Positions 1 to 12,800 of a stretch of 64,000 nt of DNA are shown in pieces. Source of the stretch: Mytilus trossulus (lineage: Eukaryota). The notes beneath the pieces are model-generated. The model saw only the letters and a list, made by a program, of their open reading frames with translations, was not told where the DNA came from and ran no database searches. Position 1 is the first letter of the stretch. Every line of letters begins with the position of its first letter. The DNA lies in NCBI RefSeq assembly GCF_036588685.1, contig NC_086376.1:40548001-40612000 (forward strand), in the 5' to 3' direction. The translations under genes were made by a program, and so were the position numbers.

Positions 1-1002
1 GACTTTGACTATGTCAAAATACTTTAATCAGTATACCTGTAAGTTAAAAGATATTTTAGTAAACAAGTAAAATGGTGTTTCCTCTGTAATCTTGTATCAC
101 CCATAGTTGACTTGCATATCAAATGTTGTCTTTGTTTCTACATGTTGCTGCAAGGCTAAAACAACGTAATCCTAAGCTTGTAAATGTTCATTGTATTGTC
201 CATCGATTGGCACTGGCTGCAGCTCAGGCTACAGACAATATTCCATATTTAAAGAAGGTCAAGGACTTATTGCAACAGATATTTAAATTCTACCGACGCT
301 CAGCAGGTAGAAATTCTATGTCTGCAGGACTTAAGGAAATTGAGGTAATAATGTGTTATCTACATGCATGTACAACACTTATACATTTTTATGGTAGTCC
401 CATTGTTACTAAATTATGATTATATTTTTATATGAATACTAATAGTAAACAGAAAGTCATTACATATTACAGTATTTGATTAACTTAGTTATTTGAGTAG
501 CTTAGTTTGAACATACAATCCACACATTATTCCTTTATTCTATATTCAGACAATACTAGGTGGACCACAATTAAAGATGAAGGAAGTCCTTGATACAAGA
601 TGGTTGTCACATGATAGAGCAGTGACTGCTATAAGAGAATGCTTCCCTGCACTTATATTGCTAGTTTAGAGAGAGAAGCCAGTGAGAGGTCAGATGCAAG
701 AGTACTGGCCATGGTCTTGCAATGTTTTTTAATACAAAAAAAAATATACAACTAAATTTGTTGCATCGACAATCAATATGATGTCTGACCCCTGGCAAGA
801 TAGTCAAAAAAATTCCAAGTAAGTTAAAAATTACTTCTTATTTTTTTGATTCATTGTTATTTATCAAATTGAAAATACCATGTCTGTGCTTTCTTACTCT
901 CAATTATATTCATATATTTAAAACTATTCATCAATGGGTCAAGAAAGACAACTCTTTCTAAAATGTGAAAGGGAGAGAACTTGTGGGTTAATAGAAGCTA
1001 TG

Positions 1003-1453
1003 TATAGGGGTAAATTCAGTAAATAAATATGCGTCTTCAGGGACCACCCATTTCGGGGAGAGCTTTCTGTATAACACTGAAGTTATATGCTCTTCTGATT
1101 GGCAGATAATGTTTGCTAAAAAAAAATTTTGGTAGATGGATCAATACTAGAGTTGGAAAAAAAAAGATATGCTGAATGTACTTATTTCTTCCCTTCAGGG
1201 TTGAAAAGTAATGGGGGTCAGTATAGGAATTCAGTGCGAATCTACATTGTTTGTAAACAAGGCCATGTGAATGCCCAAAAATCCCGCATGACCCTATGTT
1301 TTTATTGTTGAAACAGATAGGGCTACATTTGTACTTTCATGAATGAGATATGAAAGATTTTAATTTCTAAAGGTAAATCAGGTATAAATTTATTTCCACA
1401 TATAGATTAGCATTAAAGTCAATGGGAGATTTTTTACTGAATTTACCCCTATA
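1003..1453. mobile_element. MITE with about 21-bp terminal inverted repeats
   Basis: TATAGGGGTAAATTCAGTAAA at 1003 and TTTACTGAATTTACCCCTATA ending at 1453; no coding capacity. Confidence 0.8.
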
Positions 1454-3063
1454 GGAAAATATGCACTTTTTCACTGTACTTGTCCAAGGCCACACAATAA
1501 TCACAAAACTCATTTCCTGTAAATGTTAATGTAATGGAAGGATTTTGGAACCATTTAAAGCTGTTTGTTACACACATTTCTATCTTTAACTGTGGCTATC
1601 CATGATGCACTCAATGTACTGTGAGAGAAGCATGAAGTATATTGTAAAAAATCAGTTTTTGTGTCCAGATTGAAAGAAACAATAGAAATTACACTTGAGA
1701 GTTATGATATCAATGAACGGCATACATATTCTCCCCATTTACATCAGATTTTACACATATTTCTCCTCATAATGTATAAAATCATATGAAAAAAATGGAT
1801 TACCTCCCTTTGACATAGTGGTGTTTTTTTTAGCTGTGCTACCCATGTTAAGATGTAGAACAAGTGGTAAATAAGCAATTTCTAGTATTTTAACACTCAA
1901 ATAATCTGACCGCATGAAAGTATTCATTTTTTTTTACACAACGCCTTGAGTTTCTTTATTTAAAGAATATACTAGACAAGTTTTCATGATAACAGGTCCT
2001 TCATCCATGAAACAAGTTTTGAAATGTTTGTAATTGGATTTTTATGTTAAATAATTGCTTTTAAATATTCTAAATTGTTACTTCAATCTCCCAAATGTAA
2101 AGTTTGGTCATACCTAATCTTTTGTTTTTCATATTTGGCAATTTTTTTCTACTTCAGTTCTAGCTGTATAGTTTTGGCGAAGAACCCATCCTGATGTTGG
2201 GGTGAAACATAATTGTTGTTTTATTTGGTATGAAACTGCATAACAAAGCCTTTGAAAAGTCTTTTTGTGGTCTTTTCATGGTATTTAACCAAACACTTCC
2301 ATAAAGGAAAAAGCTAACTAAGAGTACGCCAAGACTTTAGTTTCTAGATGTACTTGCAATACTAGTCAAAGCAAACACAGAAAACAATTCATATTTATTA
2401 ATATTATTTTACACCATTCTTTTAAAAACAGTCTATGCGCAACTTCATATACCAAATATACATTGGCCGCAGTATGGGCTGTAGTATAAATTTTGCTCTA
2501 TCTTTACAAATTCAGCATTTATGAAGGTTGTATTGAAACTGGAATTTGAAAATTGGATACATTATATGTTTATTACCACAAAAGTTGGAAAAGAAGTAAA
2601 AAAGTCCCTTATAATAATGCCTATGCTTATATTAATTAATTTATTAAGTTAAATTCAATGGTTGTAGTGGAATTCCATTTCTTTCATATCTATCTTTGCA
2701 GAAAATAGATGTTGACTTCACCTTAATTGAAACTCTTGTGTCAGCAACACAAATAACCATCACAAAACTGATTAAGCAACTTGGACACTACATGTAGTCA
2801 TTGCCAAATGTGTCAGAGTGTTGTGGGTGTAAGAATGAGACAGTCTAACATTGACAACTTCCAAAGGCCTTACCTGGAAAATGTGGTCCAGAATCTAGAT
2901 GACAGATTTCCAGACAACCTAGTACTTGTTGCACTATCTGTCATGGATCCAGACCTCTCAGCTGACCCTTCATTGAATGAATGGATTCAACACATAAAAC
3001 TGAAGGTATGTACATTGAATTATTCATTAACTTAAATTGTTATGAAATATACATAATAACTAA

Positions 3064-4063
3064 AGGGGCTCGCGGGTCTAAATCAACTTTTTGTTCTAAT
3101 ATAGGATTTTGTTATTTTTATGCCCCACCTACGATAGTAGAGGGGCATTAGGTTTTCTGGTCTGGGTCCGTTCGTTCGTTCGTTCGTTCTTCCCGCTTCA
3201 GGGTAAAGTTTTTCTTCAAGGTTGTTTTTGATGAAGTTGAAGTCCAATCAATTTGAAACTTAGTACAATTGTTGCATATGATATGATCTTTCTAATTGAA
3301 GAGCCAAATTAGACTTTTGACCCCAATTTAACGGTCCACTGAACATAGAAAATGAAAATGGGAGTTTCAGTTTAAAGTTTTTTGTCAAGGTAGTTTTTGA
3401 TGAAGTTGAAGCCTAATCAACTTGAAACTTAGTACACATGTCCCCTATGGTATGATCTTTTTAATTTTAATGCCAAATTAGATTTTTTACCAAATTTCAC
3501 GGTCCCTTGAACATGGAAAACGATAGTGCGAGTGGGGCATCCGTGTACTTTGGACTCATTCTTGTTTTCTATGACTAAACTTTATCTTATACCTAATAGA
3601 AATATAAAATAAAAATATGGGGTCACTGTTCATTTAAGCTCACAATCTGCCTCTGAAAGAAGCATACATTTTTGTTAATGTCCTTTTTTTCTGTTGAACT
3701 AAAAGGAGAAATATTGGTAATATCAAAATAAAAAAAGAACTAAATTACAGAAATTGCTTAAATTTTACAATTATCTAGTTTTTGTACAGCTTGTTTGAAA
3801 ACAATAATAAAAAATATAGGTCACTGATGAGTTAAAAAAGATATTTCATTTTAAATGACATTTTTAAACCAAAGGGAGATAATTTGAAGCGTTTTCAATG
3901 ATATGAACATTTTTAAAGTCATCTGTGGCCAAACCAAATCGATTTGTCTGGGTGATTTTTGTACCATATTATAAAATAATAACTAATAGTGTAATACATA
4001 AAATTTGTAATGAAAAAATATTTGTTTATTTTTTTGTTGAATTTTTTATACCTGCGAGCCTCC
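3064..4063. mobile_element. Kolobok-like MITE, family A (contains a nested HINE)
   Basis: Termini AGGGGCTCGCGGGT...ACCTGCGAGCCTCC followed by TTAA; homologous copies at about 8401-9640, 14953-15503 and 47317-48227. Superfamily inferred from TTAA flanks with RR..YY ends. Confidence 0.7.
3115..3566 (+). mobile_element. Non-autonomous Helentron (HINE) nested in MITE A
   Basis: T-rich start, subTIR ATGCCCCAC...GTGGGGCAT, (GTTC)n microsatellite, two internal repeats of about 170 bp, CTTGTT end; partial copy at about 32255-32406. Confidence 0.75.
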
Positions 4064-4840
4064 TTAACACAAATAAATCGTACTTCTTATTGTCTGAGGA
4101 TAAATGAAAAACTTAAAAACAATTTGTACCAAATTGTATTTATCAAGCTGGACCATACATATGCAGTATGATACTTGAACTGTAGTTTTTGACAAATAAT
4201 CCCTGCACTCCATTTTTTCAGACTCTAGCCAAACATTTCAAGTCAGTTGGTATTGAAATAAAAGTTCTGGAAGAATGGGAAACACTGAGAACAGGGTTAG
4301 TGAAAGAATGTAAAGACATGACATTTAGGAAGACAATGAACAAAGTTGCCAGTTTCGGAACTTTGTATCCTGTGTTTGTTTAAGTATCAGCAATTGGCCT
4401 TTTTTTGCCAGTTTCAAAGCTAACTGTGAAAGATGTTTTTCATGTTGGAACAGAGTGAAAACATCTTTGAGAAACAGATTATGCCAATAGTGCTAAATTG
4501 TTTAATGCACATATCAATTGAAGGACCAAAGGAGGAAGCTTTTGATTTTGACAAATGTGTAGTGACCTTTAGAAAGTTAAAACAGAGGAAAATATCAACA
4601 AAATAATGTGTACATGACATTAATAAAACATTTTTTATCAGATATTAATTTATATTTATAATAAGAAAGCATCATTGACTCTTATAAATAAATAAAGAAC
4701 TATGACTATGTTAAAATACTTTAATCAGTATACCTGTAAGTTAAAAGATATTTTAGTAAACAAGTAAAATGGTGTCTCCTCTGTAATCTTGTATCACCCA
4801 TAGTTGACTTGCATATCAAATCTTGTCTTTGTTTCTACAG

Positions 4841-7397
4841 GTTGCTGCAAAAACAATGTACTCATCAGAGCTTGTAAATGTTCATAATGTATTGCCCATC
4901 GATTGGCACTGGCTGCAGCTCAGGCTACAGACAATATTCCATATTTGATGAAATTCAAGGACTTATTGCAACAGATATTTAAATTCTACCAACACTCAGC
5001 AGATAGAATAGCTGCCGTATTTTAGGAAATTGAGGTAATAATGTTTTATTTACATGTACAACACTTATACATCTTTATGGGAGTCCCATTGTTACTAAAT
5101 TATGTTTATATTTTTATATGAATACTAATATTAAACAGAAAGTCATTACATATTACAGTATTTGATTTGCTAATAGTTATTTGAGTAGCTTAGTTTGACC
5201 ATACAATCCATACATTATTCCTTTATTCTATATTCAGACAATACTTGGTGGACCACAATTAAAGATGAAAGAAGTCCTTGATATAAGATGGTTGTCACAT
5301 GATAGAGAAGTGACTGCTATAAGAGAATACACTTATTGCTAGTCTAGAGATAGAAGCCAGTGAGAGGTCATATGTAACAGCTGCTGGTCTTGCAATGTTT
5401 GTAAAGACAACCAAATTTGTTGCATCAATCTACCAAAGCTACTGCATATGATGTCAGAACTCTCCCACACCTCGCAATATTGTCAAAAAAATCCAAGTAA
5501 GTTAAAAATTATTTCTTCTTTTGATTCATTATCTAATTAAAAGTTATTTATCAAATTGAAAAATAACATGTCTGTGCTTTCTAACTCTAATTAAAACTAT
5601 CCATCAATTATGGGTCAAGAAAGGCAACTCTTTCTAAAATGTGAAAGGGAGATAACTTATGGATTAATAGACTATCTGTCAGAGTATGGTGTTAGACTGA
5701 GGTAGTCTAACATTAACAACTTCAAAAGGGACATATACCAGCCCTACCTCGAAAATGTTGTCCAGATGACTCCAGAACCTACATGACAAATTTCCAGACA
5801 ACACGGCCCGCTAGTACTGGATGCACTATCTGTCATGGATCCAGACCTCTTAAATGCTGATGACCCTTCATTGAATGAATGGGTTCAACACATAAAACTG
5901 AAGGTGTGTACATAGAAGTACTCAATATATAACAAGTTATGAAATATATATTATTCTAATATGACGTGCTTCTTTCGCTTTGTAAACAACACTGTGATAA
6001 AATTCTCGATATATCTATACTTAGCGCAGACTCCGTGGTGTACATAGTAATGGCTGTTACAATATACTTCCCACGTAAATCCACATGTATTGAAACCTAT
6101 TTGCAAACCCTTTGTCGATTTAATTGTTTTTAAAATTGCAATTCAGAAAAGACAAAATCACTTTTATTCTTATTCGGATGCATAATAAAAAGAAGTCATG
6201 CATAAGAGCTCGGAGAAACCAACAATATAAAAATAAAATAAAATTCCGCGAAAGTCTATTAATGTTTTTGGCGCATTTAAGTCATTTCAAAACATGACGT
6301 CATACAAATGAAAACTCTAGAGTTGAACGTTTTCTGTTACGTTAACTATTGACATGTCGTTTACTATTGTATTAAAATTGATTATCAAGGTAGGTTATGT
6401 TTGATTTTCTATTCTATTGCATTATTCGCATATGTACTGATTTCAGCAAGTAAACATGGCGGCTCATTGGTTACGAAATGTCAACTTTGGATTTGACGGT
6501 AGCTCACGGGAAAAACATATAAATCAACATGACAATTGTTGGTTTTGAGAATGAAACATATTTTTTTTCAACGGTTGTTCACGAAATAATCCGTGCAAGC
6601 TACGGATCTATTAAAATGATGAGCTTTATCTAACAGGGAGTAAAAAAGAACAGCCATACACACAGATTTACCCACCCTCGCTTCAGTTTTTTTAATGATC
6701 GTATTTGTCCTATTAGAATCGAAATAATTCATGGAAGCCATAGATTATTGGAAATTTACACATGGCCTGGGCCGTGATATTCGTTGATTTTATCCCTCGC
6801 TAACGCTCAGGATAAAATTCGAATATCACGGCCCAGGCCATGTGTAAATTTCCAATAATCTATGGCTTCCATGAATTATTTCTTAAATAAAATACAAATA
6901 AATCTTTCTACTTATTGTCTGAGGATAAATGAAAAACTTAAAAACAAATAGTAACAAAATTGTATTTATCAAGCTGGACCATACACATACAGTTTGACAC
7001 TTTAACTGTAGTTTTTGACAAATAATCCCTGGACTTCAATATTTTTTCAGACTCTAGCCAAACATTTCAAGTGAAGTGAAATAGAAGTTCTGGAAGAATG
7101 GGAAACACTGAGAACACTGTTAGTGAAAGAATGTAAAGAGGTGACATTTAGGAAGACAATGAACAAAGTTGCTTGGAACTTTGTATCCTTGTCTGTCCAA
7201 GTATGCAGCAATTGGTCTTGTTTTTCCTGTTTTTTTTTTGTTGGAACAGAGTGAAAACACCTTTGAGAAACAGATTATGCCAAAAAGTGCTGAATTGTTT
7301 AATGCACATATCAATTGATTGAGGAGGAAGCTTTTGATTTTGACAAATGTGTAGTGACCTTTAGAAAGTTAAAACAGAGGAAAATATCAACAAAATA
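4841..7397 (+). pseudogene. Decayed hAT/ZNF862-like transposase, tandem copy 2
   Basis: Direct repeat of copy 1 (window position about 7 aligns with about 4705). Same exons at about 4841-5034, 5239-5496, 5677-5903 (5'-deleted) and 7051-7397, with its own frameshifts and a deletion of about 1.8 kb relative to copy 1. Confidence 0.8.
5951..6889. mobile_element. Non-autonomous element ending in a long hairpin (Crypton-like, inferred)
   Basis: Present in tandem copy 2 only. Perfect 63-bp inverted arms at 6721-6783 and 6820-6882; left end ATTCTAATATGAC is inverted against GTCCTATTAGAAT at about 6707. Confidence 0.6.
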
Positions 7398-7468
7398 ATA
7401 TGTACATGGCATTAATATGTTAAGAACTATTGCAGACTGGATTATTTTTATTTTTGTTTGTAACTTAG

Positions 7469-8040
7469 GGTGGCTTAGGACTATTCGACTGCGCATAATT
7501 TCACGCATGAATTACAAAAGTATTTGTAGTAAATTCGATATAATTTTTCTAAATATTTTGATTGATTAGAAATATTAAATCATTGTTGTAAGAGACTAAT
7601 AGACTAATAGACTAATAGAATATTTTCGTTTTTATCCGTATTTGTTAAAGAATCGGAATGACATTTCACCCATTTTCAACATTTTCCCGCCAAAATTTGG
7701 GTATTAAAGCAAAATATTTTTTTTTCCTTATCGGTGACCTATGTTTTTAATTGGCTCTTTCTTTGAAGATATATTCCAGCTTTTCATATTACAGTTTTGA
7801 ACCTATTGTCATAGAACGTTTTTTTGATATTCCCATAAAAATATGTCAACACCTCTATTTTCCCTATCATTTCATTGAAAAATGGTCCCTTTTACATACC
7901 AGTTTAAAAGTAAAATTTTGAGCTTAAATGGTCCGTGACCCCCTATTTTTTTTCAACCAATTTGATTCATTTTGTTTAAAGAATAAAATAACCAAAAATA
8001 CAGCACTTCTGATAGACACTTCGAATAGGACCAGGCCACC
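7469..8040. mobile_element. Kolobok-like MITE
   Basis: TTAG-GGTGGCTTAGGACTATTCGA ... TCGAATAGGACCAGGCCACC-TTAA imperfect TIRs. Confidence 0.55.
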
Positions 8041-8600
8041 TTAAAGTCTTTCATTTATTCCTCTCATCTGTGATAAAAACTTTAGAGCTCCATGAATTGT
8101 ATGAATTGCTATAGAATTAATCAAACAAATAGATAGGTATGACTTTAACATGTTTAAATATATAGTTCAGAAATAAAGCCCATGTTTAAAGATATAAACC
8201 TTAATGTTGTTTGAATTGCTCATGATCTGAAATCCTTAACCTATATATAAATGATATTTAGCTGCTCAGATTATACATGTATGATGTGTTTAACAGATAT
8301 TAAAAGACCTCAATCTATCAAAACTTTTAGTGTTTCATCAACTTGCAGATGGATGAGCAATCAGAATTGAAAAATTATATTTGTACCACTTTTATGATTT
8401 AAGGGGGCTATAAATAAACGTTATCCTATAACTAATAGAAAAATGAAATGAAAATATGGGGTCACCATTCATTTAGGCTCACAATCAGCCTCTGAAAGAA
8501 GCATACATTTTTGTTAATGTCCTTTTTTTCTGTTGAACTAATAGGAGAAATAGAGGTAATATCGAAATAAAAAAAGAACTTAATTTCAGAAATCGCTTAA

Positions 8601-9385
8601 AGGAGAAGGTCCGTTAAGGACCGATTTTGGCCTCAAATTTCAGTTTCATCTGGCGAAAGATTTTGACCACTTTTTAAACACTTAAGTGTCTATTTCACAT
8701 TAATTAATTTATTTAATTGTTTAAATAAACCAATTTTTCAAGACGTTTCGGCAAATGGCCTTCTTCAGTTCTTTATTTTTCCTCTCAACTACATGAAAAA
8801 TAAAGAACTGATTGGCCGAAACGTCTTGAAAAATTGGTTTATTTAAACAATTATATAAAGTATGTTCCCTATTGGAATTTTGAAAACAAGAATTAATTTA
8901 TTATTGTGAAAGATTTTAACTTATTTCCATTAAAAACGATCCGATTCAAGCTCAAATATGAAAAATATACATACATTTTTAATCTACCAAATATGCGAAT
9001 AAATGTCACTTTTCAGATGGTTTTTGTCAAAAATGAAAGTGGCCGCATCCGTGTTCATCCTCAATCTTTATATATGTTATTTATAATCATCAAATACAAC
9101 TTCCATTTCATTATTTTGGATGAACACGAATGCGTCCACTTTCGTTTTACACGGAAGCCGTCTCAAATTTAAGTAAAATGCTTTAATTTGTGAAGATTTC
9201 AGTATTTTAACATGACTTAATAGTGCTAGTACCCAATATATGTACATTGTATTGTCAAAAACAGCTCATATTTATGTAGCAGAACCATTCTACTATCCAA
9301 TAAATAACTAAAAGTTTACATTTTAACAATTTTGTAAAACTTCCATATTTTGGGGCCAAAAAGGGGTCTTTCTGGACCTACTCCT
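8601..9385. mobile_element. Kolobok-like MITE inserted at a TTAA in family-A MITE
   Basis: TTAA-AGGAGAAGGTCC ... GGACCTACTCCT TIRs; host sequence resumes after it. Confidence 0.7.
8714..8890. mobile_element. Inverted Penelope-like fragment with minimal hammerhead ribozyme core and 12-bp TSD
   Basis: AATTAATTTATT at 8702-8713 and 8891-8902; inverted duplication 8714-8853; minus strand 8768-8742 reads CTGAAGA-A-GGC-CATTT-GCC-GAAAC-GTC. Confidence 0.6.
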
Positions 9386-9646
9386 TTTTAAAATTGTTAA
9401 GTTTATGTACAGCTTATTTGAAAACAATAATAAAAAATATAGGTCACTGAATAAGTTAAAATAGATATTTCAATTTTAATGCCAAAAAATGGCATTTTTG
9501 CACCAAAGGGAGATAATTTGGAGCTTTTTCAATGATGTAAACATTTTAAAAGTCATCTCAGGCCAAACTGAATCAATTTGTTTGGTTAATTTTTGTATCA
9601 CATCATTAAGGAATAATTAATAGTGTAATAAATAAAAAAAAAATGT

Positions 9647-9825
9647 TTTTATTGGTGGAGAAATCTGGAGTGCTAAAAAATACCAACCTTAGTTAGGAAA
9701 ACTAAAAATCCTAGTCAATTTATTTTGGTCTTGATTGCACCTGGTTTCAAACTCACAGCCTCAGTGTTGACTGGCTAGGGATTACAGTAGTTGAACTACT
9801 CAGACCACTTGGCCAATGATGCCCC
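9647..9825 (-). mobile_element. tRNA-derived SINE with V-like central domain
   Basis: Minus strand starts GGGGC, with A box TGGCCAAGTGG, B box GAGTTTGAAACC, then GCACTCCAGATTTCTCCACCAATAAA; related fragment at about 23797-23845. Confidence 0.6.
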
Positions 9826-12800
9826 ATTTTTTTTTAAAGAGAAGTCAACATTAACACAATGGTTAAAAAAAAGGGGAGATAACAACTTTGATGTAAAAAT
9901 GAATAAATAGAATGCTTGGTAAATGCAAGTAAAAATTCATATAGATATACGATTGGGGGTTAAATTAGGAATTTAATTCAATTAACTTTTTCCTTGGTGA
10001 TATGATAATTTTTGAACAGATCAAGATATTTATTTTATTTTGATTACCCAAAGTTGAGAAGACCTCAAGAATAACATTGATTCATTTATTTTCAAACTTT
10101 TTTTTAATATAGTAGTTTTTACCACAGTTTTCCTTATATTATAAAGAGTTGTCATATCTTTTAAATGGCCTTTTTAAAAGTACTAGTCAAACTGAATATT
10201 TATTTATTTTCATTAAATATTTTTTAAGGTTGTTATAAATTTATTGAGTTTATGTTAAGATATATTTTAATAGACCCTATTAAATGCATGGTAAAAAAAA
10301 AGCCGGTAATACAAATATTTCAAATCAGAAATGATCTTCATACAAAAACAGATCTATTCAAAATAATAGACAGTACTTTGGATTCTTCATAATATACCAG
10401 GAAATATGAAGAATCCACAGTGTTGTCAGTTATTTAAAAAAATCTTATTTTGAATAATTTGTTTCCTCCTTTTCATTGTCAAAATAATGTACAACAGTAA
10501 CAAAAAGCTATTTGCTATGATGATATTTTGTTTATATTTATACAACCCTGAGGAAGCAGATTGTGTCTAATTTCTTTTTGTTTATTATGTATCATAATGC
10601 ATTGTTATTATATATGATATAATGGTAAATAAAGTTCATTTGAGAAAACCTATCTCATATTTTATTTGATATGAAAAAAAAACAGAAAATGAGGCATGAT
10701 TGCCAATGAGACAACCAAATTACATAGATTATTAACAAGGGTACAGCCTTCAACAATGAGCAAAACCCATACCACATTGTCAGCTTAACAATTTTCATTG
10801 AATTTAGCCTGGATGGTTGCGTAAACGGAAATGGAAAAAGAAATAATTAACATATTTTCTTTTTTAATATTTTATCTTCATAGGCATGTTGTCTTTTTTT
10901 TATACTGTTTACAAAGAAAGGTAAATAGATGAATGTATTTAAAGTAAAAGATTTTAAAGCATAAAGTATTGAAATAATAAGCAAGATATGATGAGACTAT
11001 GTTTTTTTTAAAAATATTTAATAAAGTTATGTGTGCATCGTTCATGCAATTCAATATAGTCTGTGTGACTGTTCTTATTTAAAAAAAAAAGTAGGATAAA
11101 CGTCAAAAAGACAGTAACTCATCAGCAACAAACAAATCTACATATGGCATAAAAAGATGGAATCTATAGATAGGTTGTGAAGTGATCAAATTTTGGAAAA
11201 AGTGATTTCAATAGTTTTTTCTTTGTTTCTTTTTTTCAATTGCCTTGAATCAGAATGAATGATGTGGTGTATCTTGTTGCATTGTTCTGCATTGGTGATT
11301 TTCGTTGTATCTTTTTTGTATAATGCCAATGGAAAGAAAACTTACAATAAACCTAATGGGACAATGATATATGGACAACAACCGATAAGGAAACGTGGGA
11401 AGTAGAATAGAAATTTGTATTTTTATGTAAAAATTGAGAAAATCACTCACTATACAAAGCCTTTCTTGCTCGATTACATTACCGAAGTATGTTTTTTTAG
11501 TTTTAATGTCAATAACACATTACACTCCTGGAATTTCAAATCAATAGTAACGAATTGGTGTGAAATAGTGGTGGAAAATTAGATTCCTACATTGATATAC
11601 AATTTGCACAGTGCTCGTATCTAGTTAGTCGTAGTCGTGTCCTAGAGTTTTCAAACGAAAATTTTCCACACTGCTTGAAATGGAATGCTGCTTAGTTCTT
11701 CTCTGAACATTCAACCCTCAGGTTATTCAATCCATCTCAAGAAGCCATGAGTTTTATTTTATAAAATTACAATTAAAAATTGTGTCACTGGTTCAGTATG
11801 CTGTTTTGCCTTAGCTGAAAAACTTAAAAAGAAAGGTGAAAGTAAGATACTAAAGGGATATTCAAACTCACAAGTAGAAAATAAACTGGCAACGCCATGA
11901 CAAAAAAAAAAGACGAAAAAGACAAACAATAGTACACAAAACACAACATAAAAAGTAAAGGTTGATCAACACAAATCCCACCAAGATTGGTGATCTCAGT
12001 GGCTCCAGAAAGACCAACAGATTCAGCTACACATGTGACGCCTTTCAACGGACATGAATTTATAGTCATTCACACTAGAGGAAAGTTGAAATTTGCTTAG
12101 GTAGTTTTTATTAAAGATTTGGATGCTATTTCAAGACAACTGAAAAACCATTCTTATCTGTTCTTTTCAAGTTTTGATGGAAATAATTTACACTATGCAT
12201 CTGGACGTTTGGATGTTTCTTCTGACCAAACACCCAGTAAAATTCAAGATATCACTACTTAAAACACCTGACCCAGACAAATTCCTTGAGATTCTACAAA
12301 AGCAACTACCGCAAAGACCAGAAAACATAATGCCCATAAATTGGGCACTAAAGAAAATGCAACATTGACACTCTTATCTGTCTAACAAAAGGTACACTGA
12401 TCAGTTCAGAAGGATCACTTTACTCAGTTAAACTGGTACAATAGACATCAAAAGCATTGGTTAGGGTCTGGATGCGGTATACAGAATAGTGAATAATGGT
12501 TAAAACGTGAAGAATAAAGAAATAAAGAACCCATTCAGACCCTCAAGATGTAGTGTGAGCTACAGCTTACTGCTTTATGACCCTGCTCTTGCTTCTGTGT
12601 GAAAGAAATACATTTACTATTAAAAATGTTAATCGATATCAGAAAGTAAGAGCATACTTTATAAGCTTGCCAGTTTTAAACTTGGTACCAAATATGTAGA
12701 AGCTATGAAATGTATTTGACAAAAAGTAATGTAAAATAGATCTTTGAAGGTCTAAAATTAAATTACACAACCAATATGCAATTCTATAGTTTTTGACCGA

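Larger units (their letters stand above)
144..4606 (+). pseudogene. Decayed intron-containing hAT-family (ZNF862-like) transposase, 3' part, tandem copy 1
   Basis: Exon-like blocks at about 144-345 (HCIVHRLALAA, the hAT CxxH motif), 550-817 (MKEVLDTRWLSH, the TRW motif), 2702-3005 (YLENVVQNLDDRFP) and 4221-4606 (LPVS..NCERCFS...LMHISIEGP, dimerization domain). Mostly GT..AG boundaries; the first acceptor reads CAT where copy 2 has CAG. Several frameshifts and stops. Confidence 0.8.
8401..9640. mobile_element. Degenerate family-A MITE hosting nested insertions
   Basis: 8440-8600 and 9390-9635 are colinear with about 3600-3760 and 3770-4010. Confidence 0.65.

Noticed and set aside
9740-9825. 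tRNA gene
   Set aside because: A and B boxes are present but no cloverleaf forms, and it runs into a SINE body.
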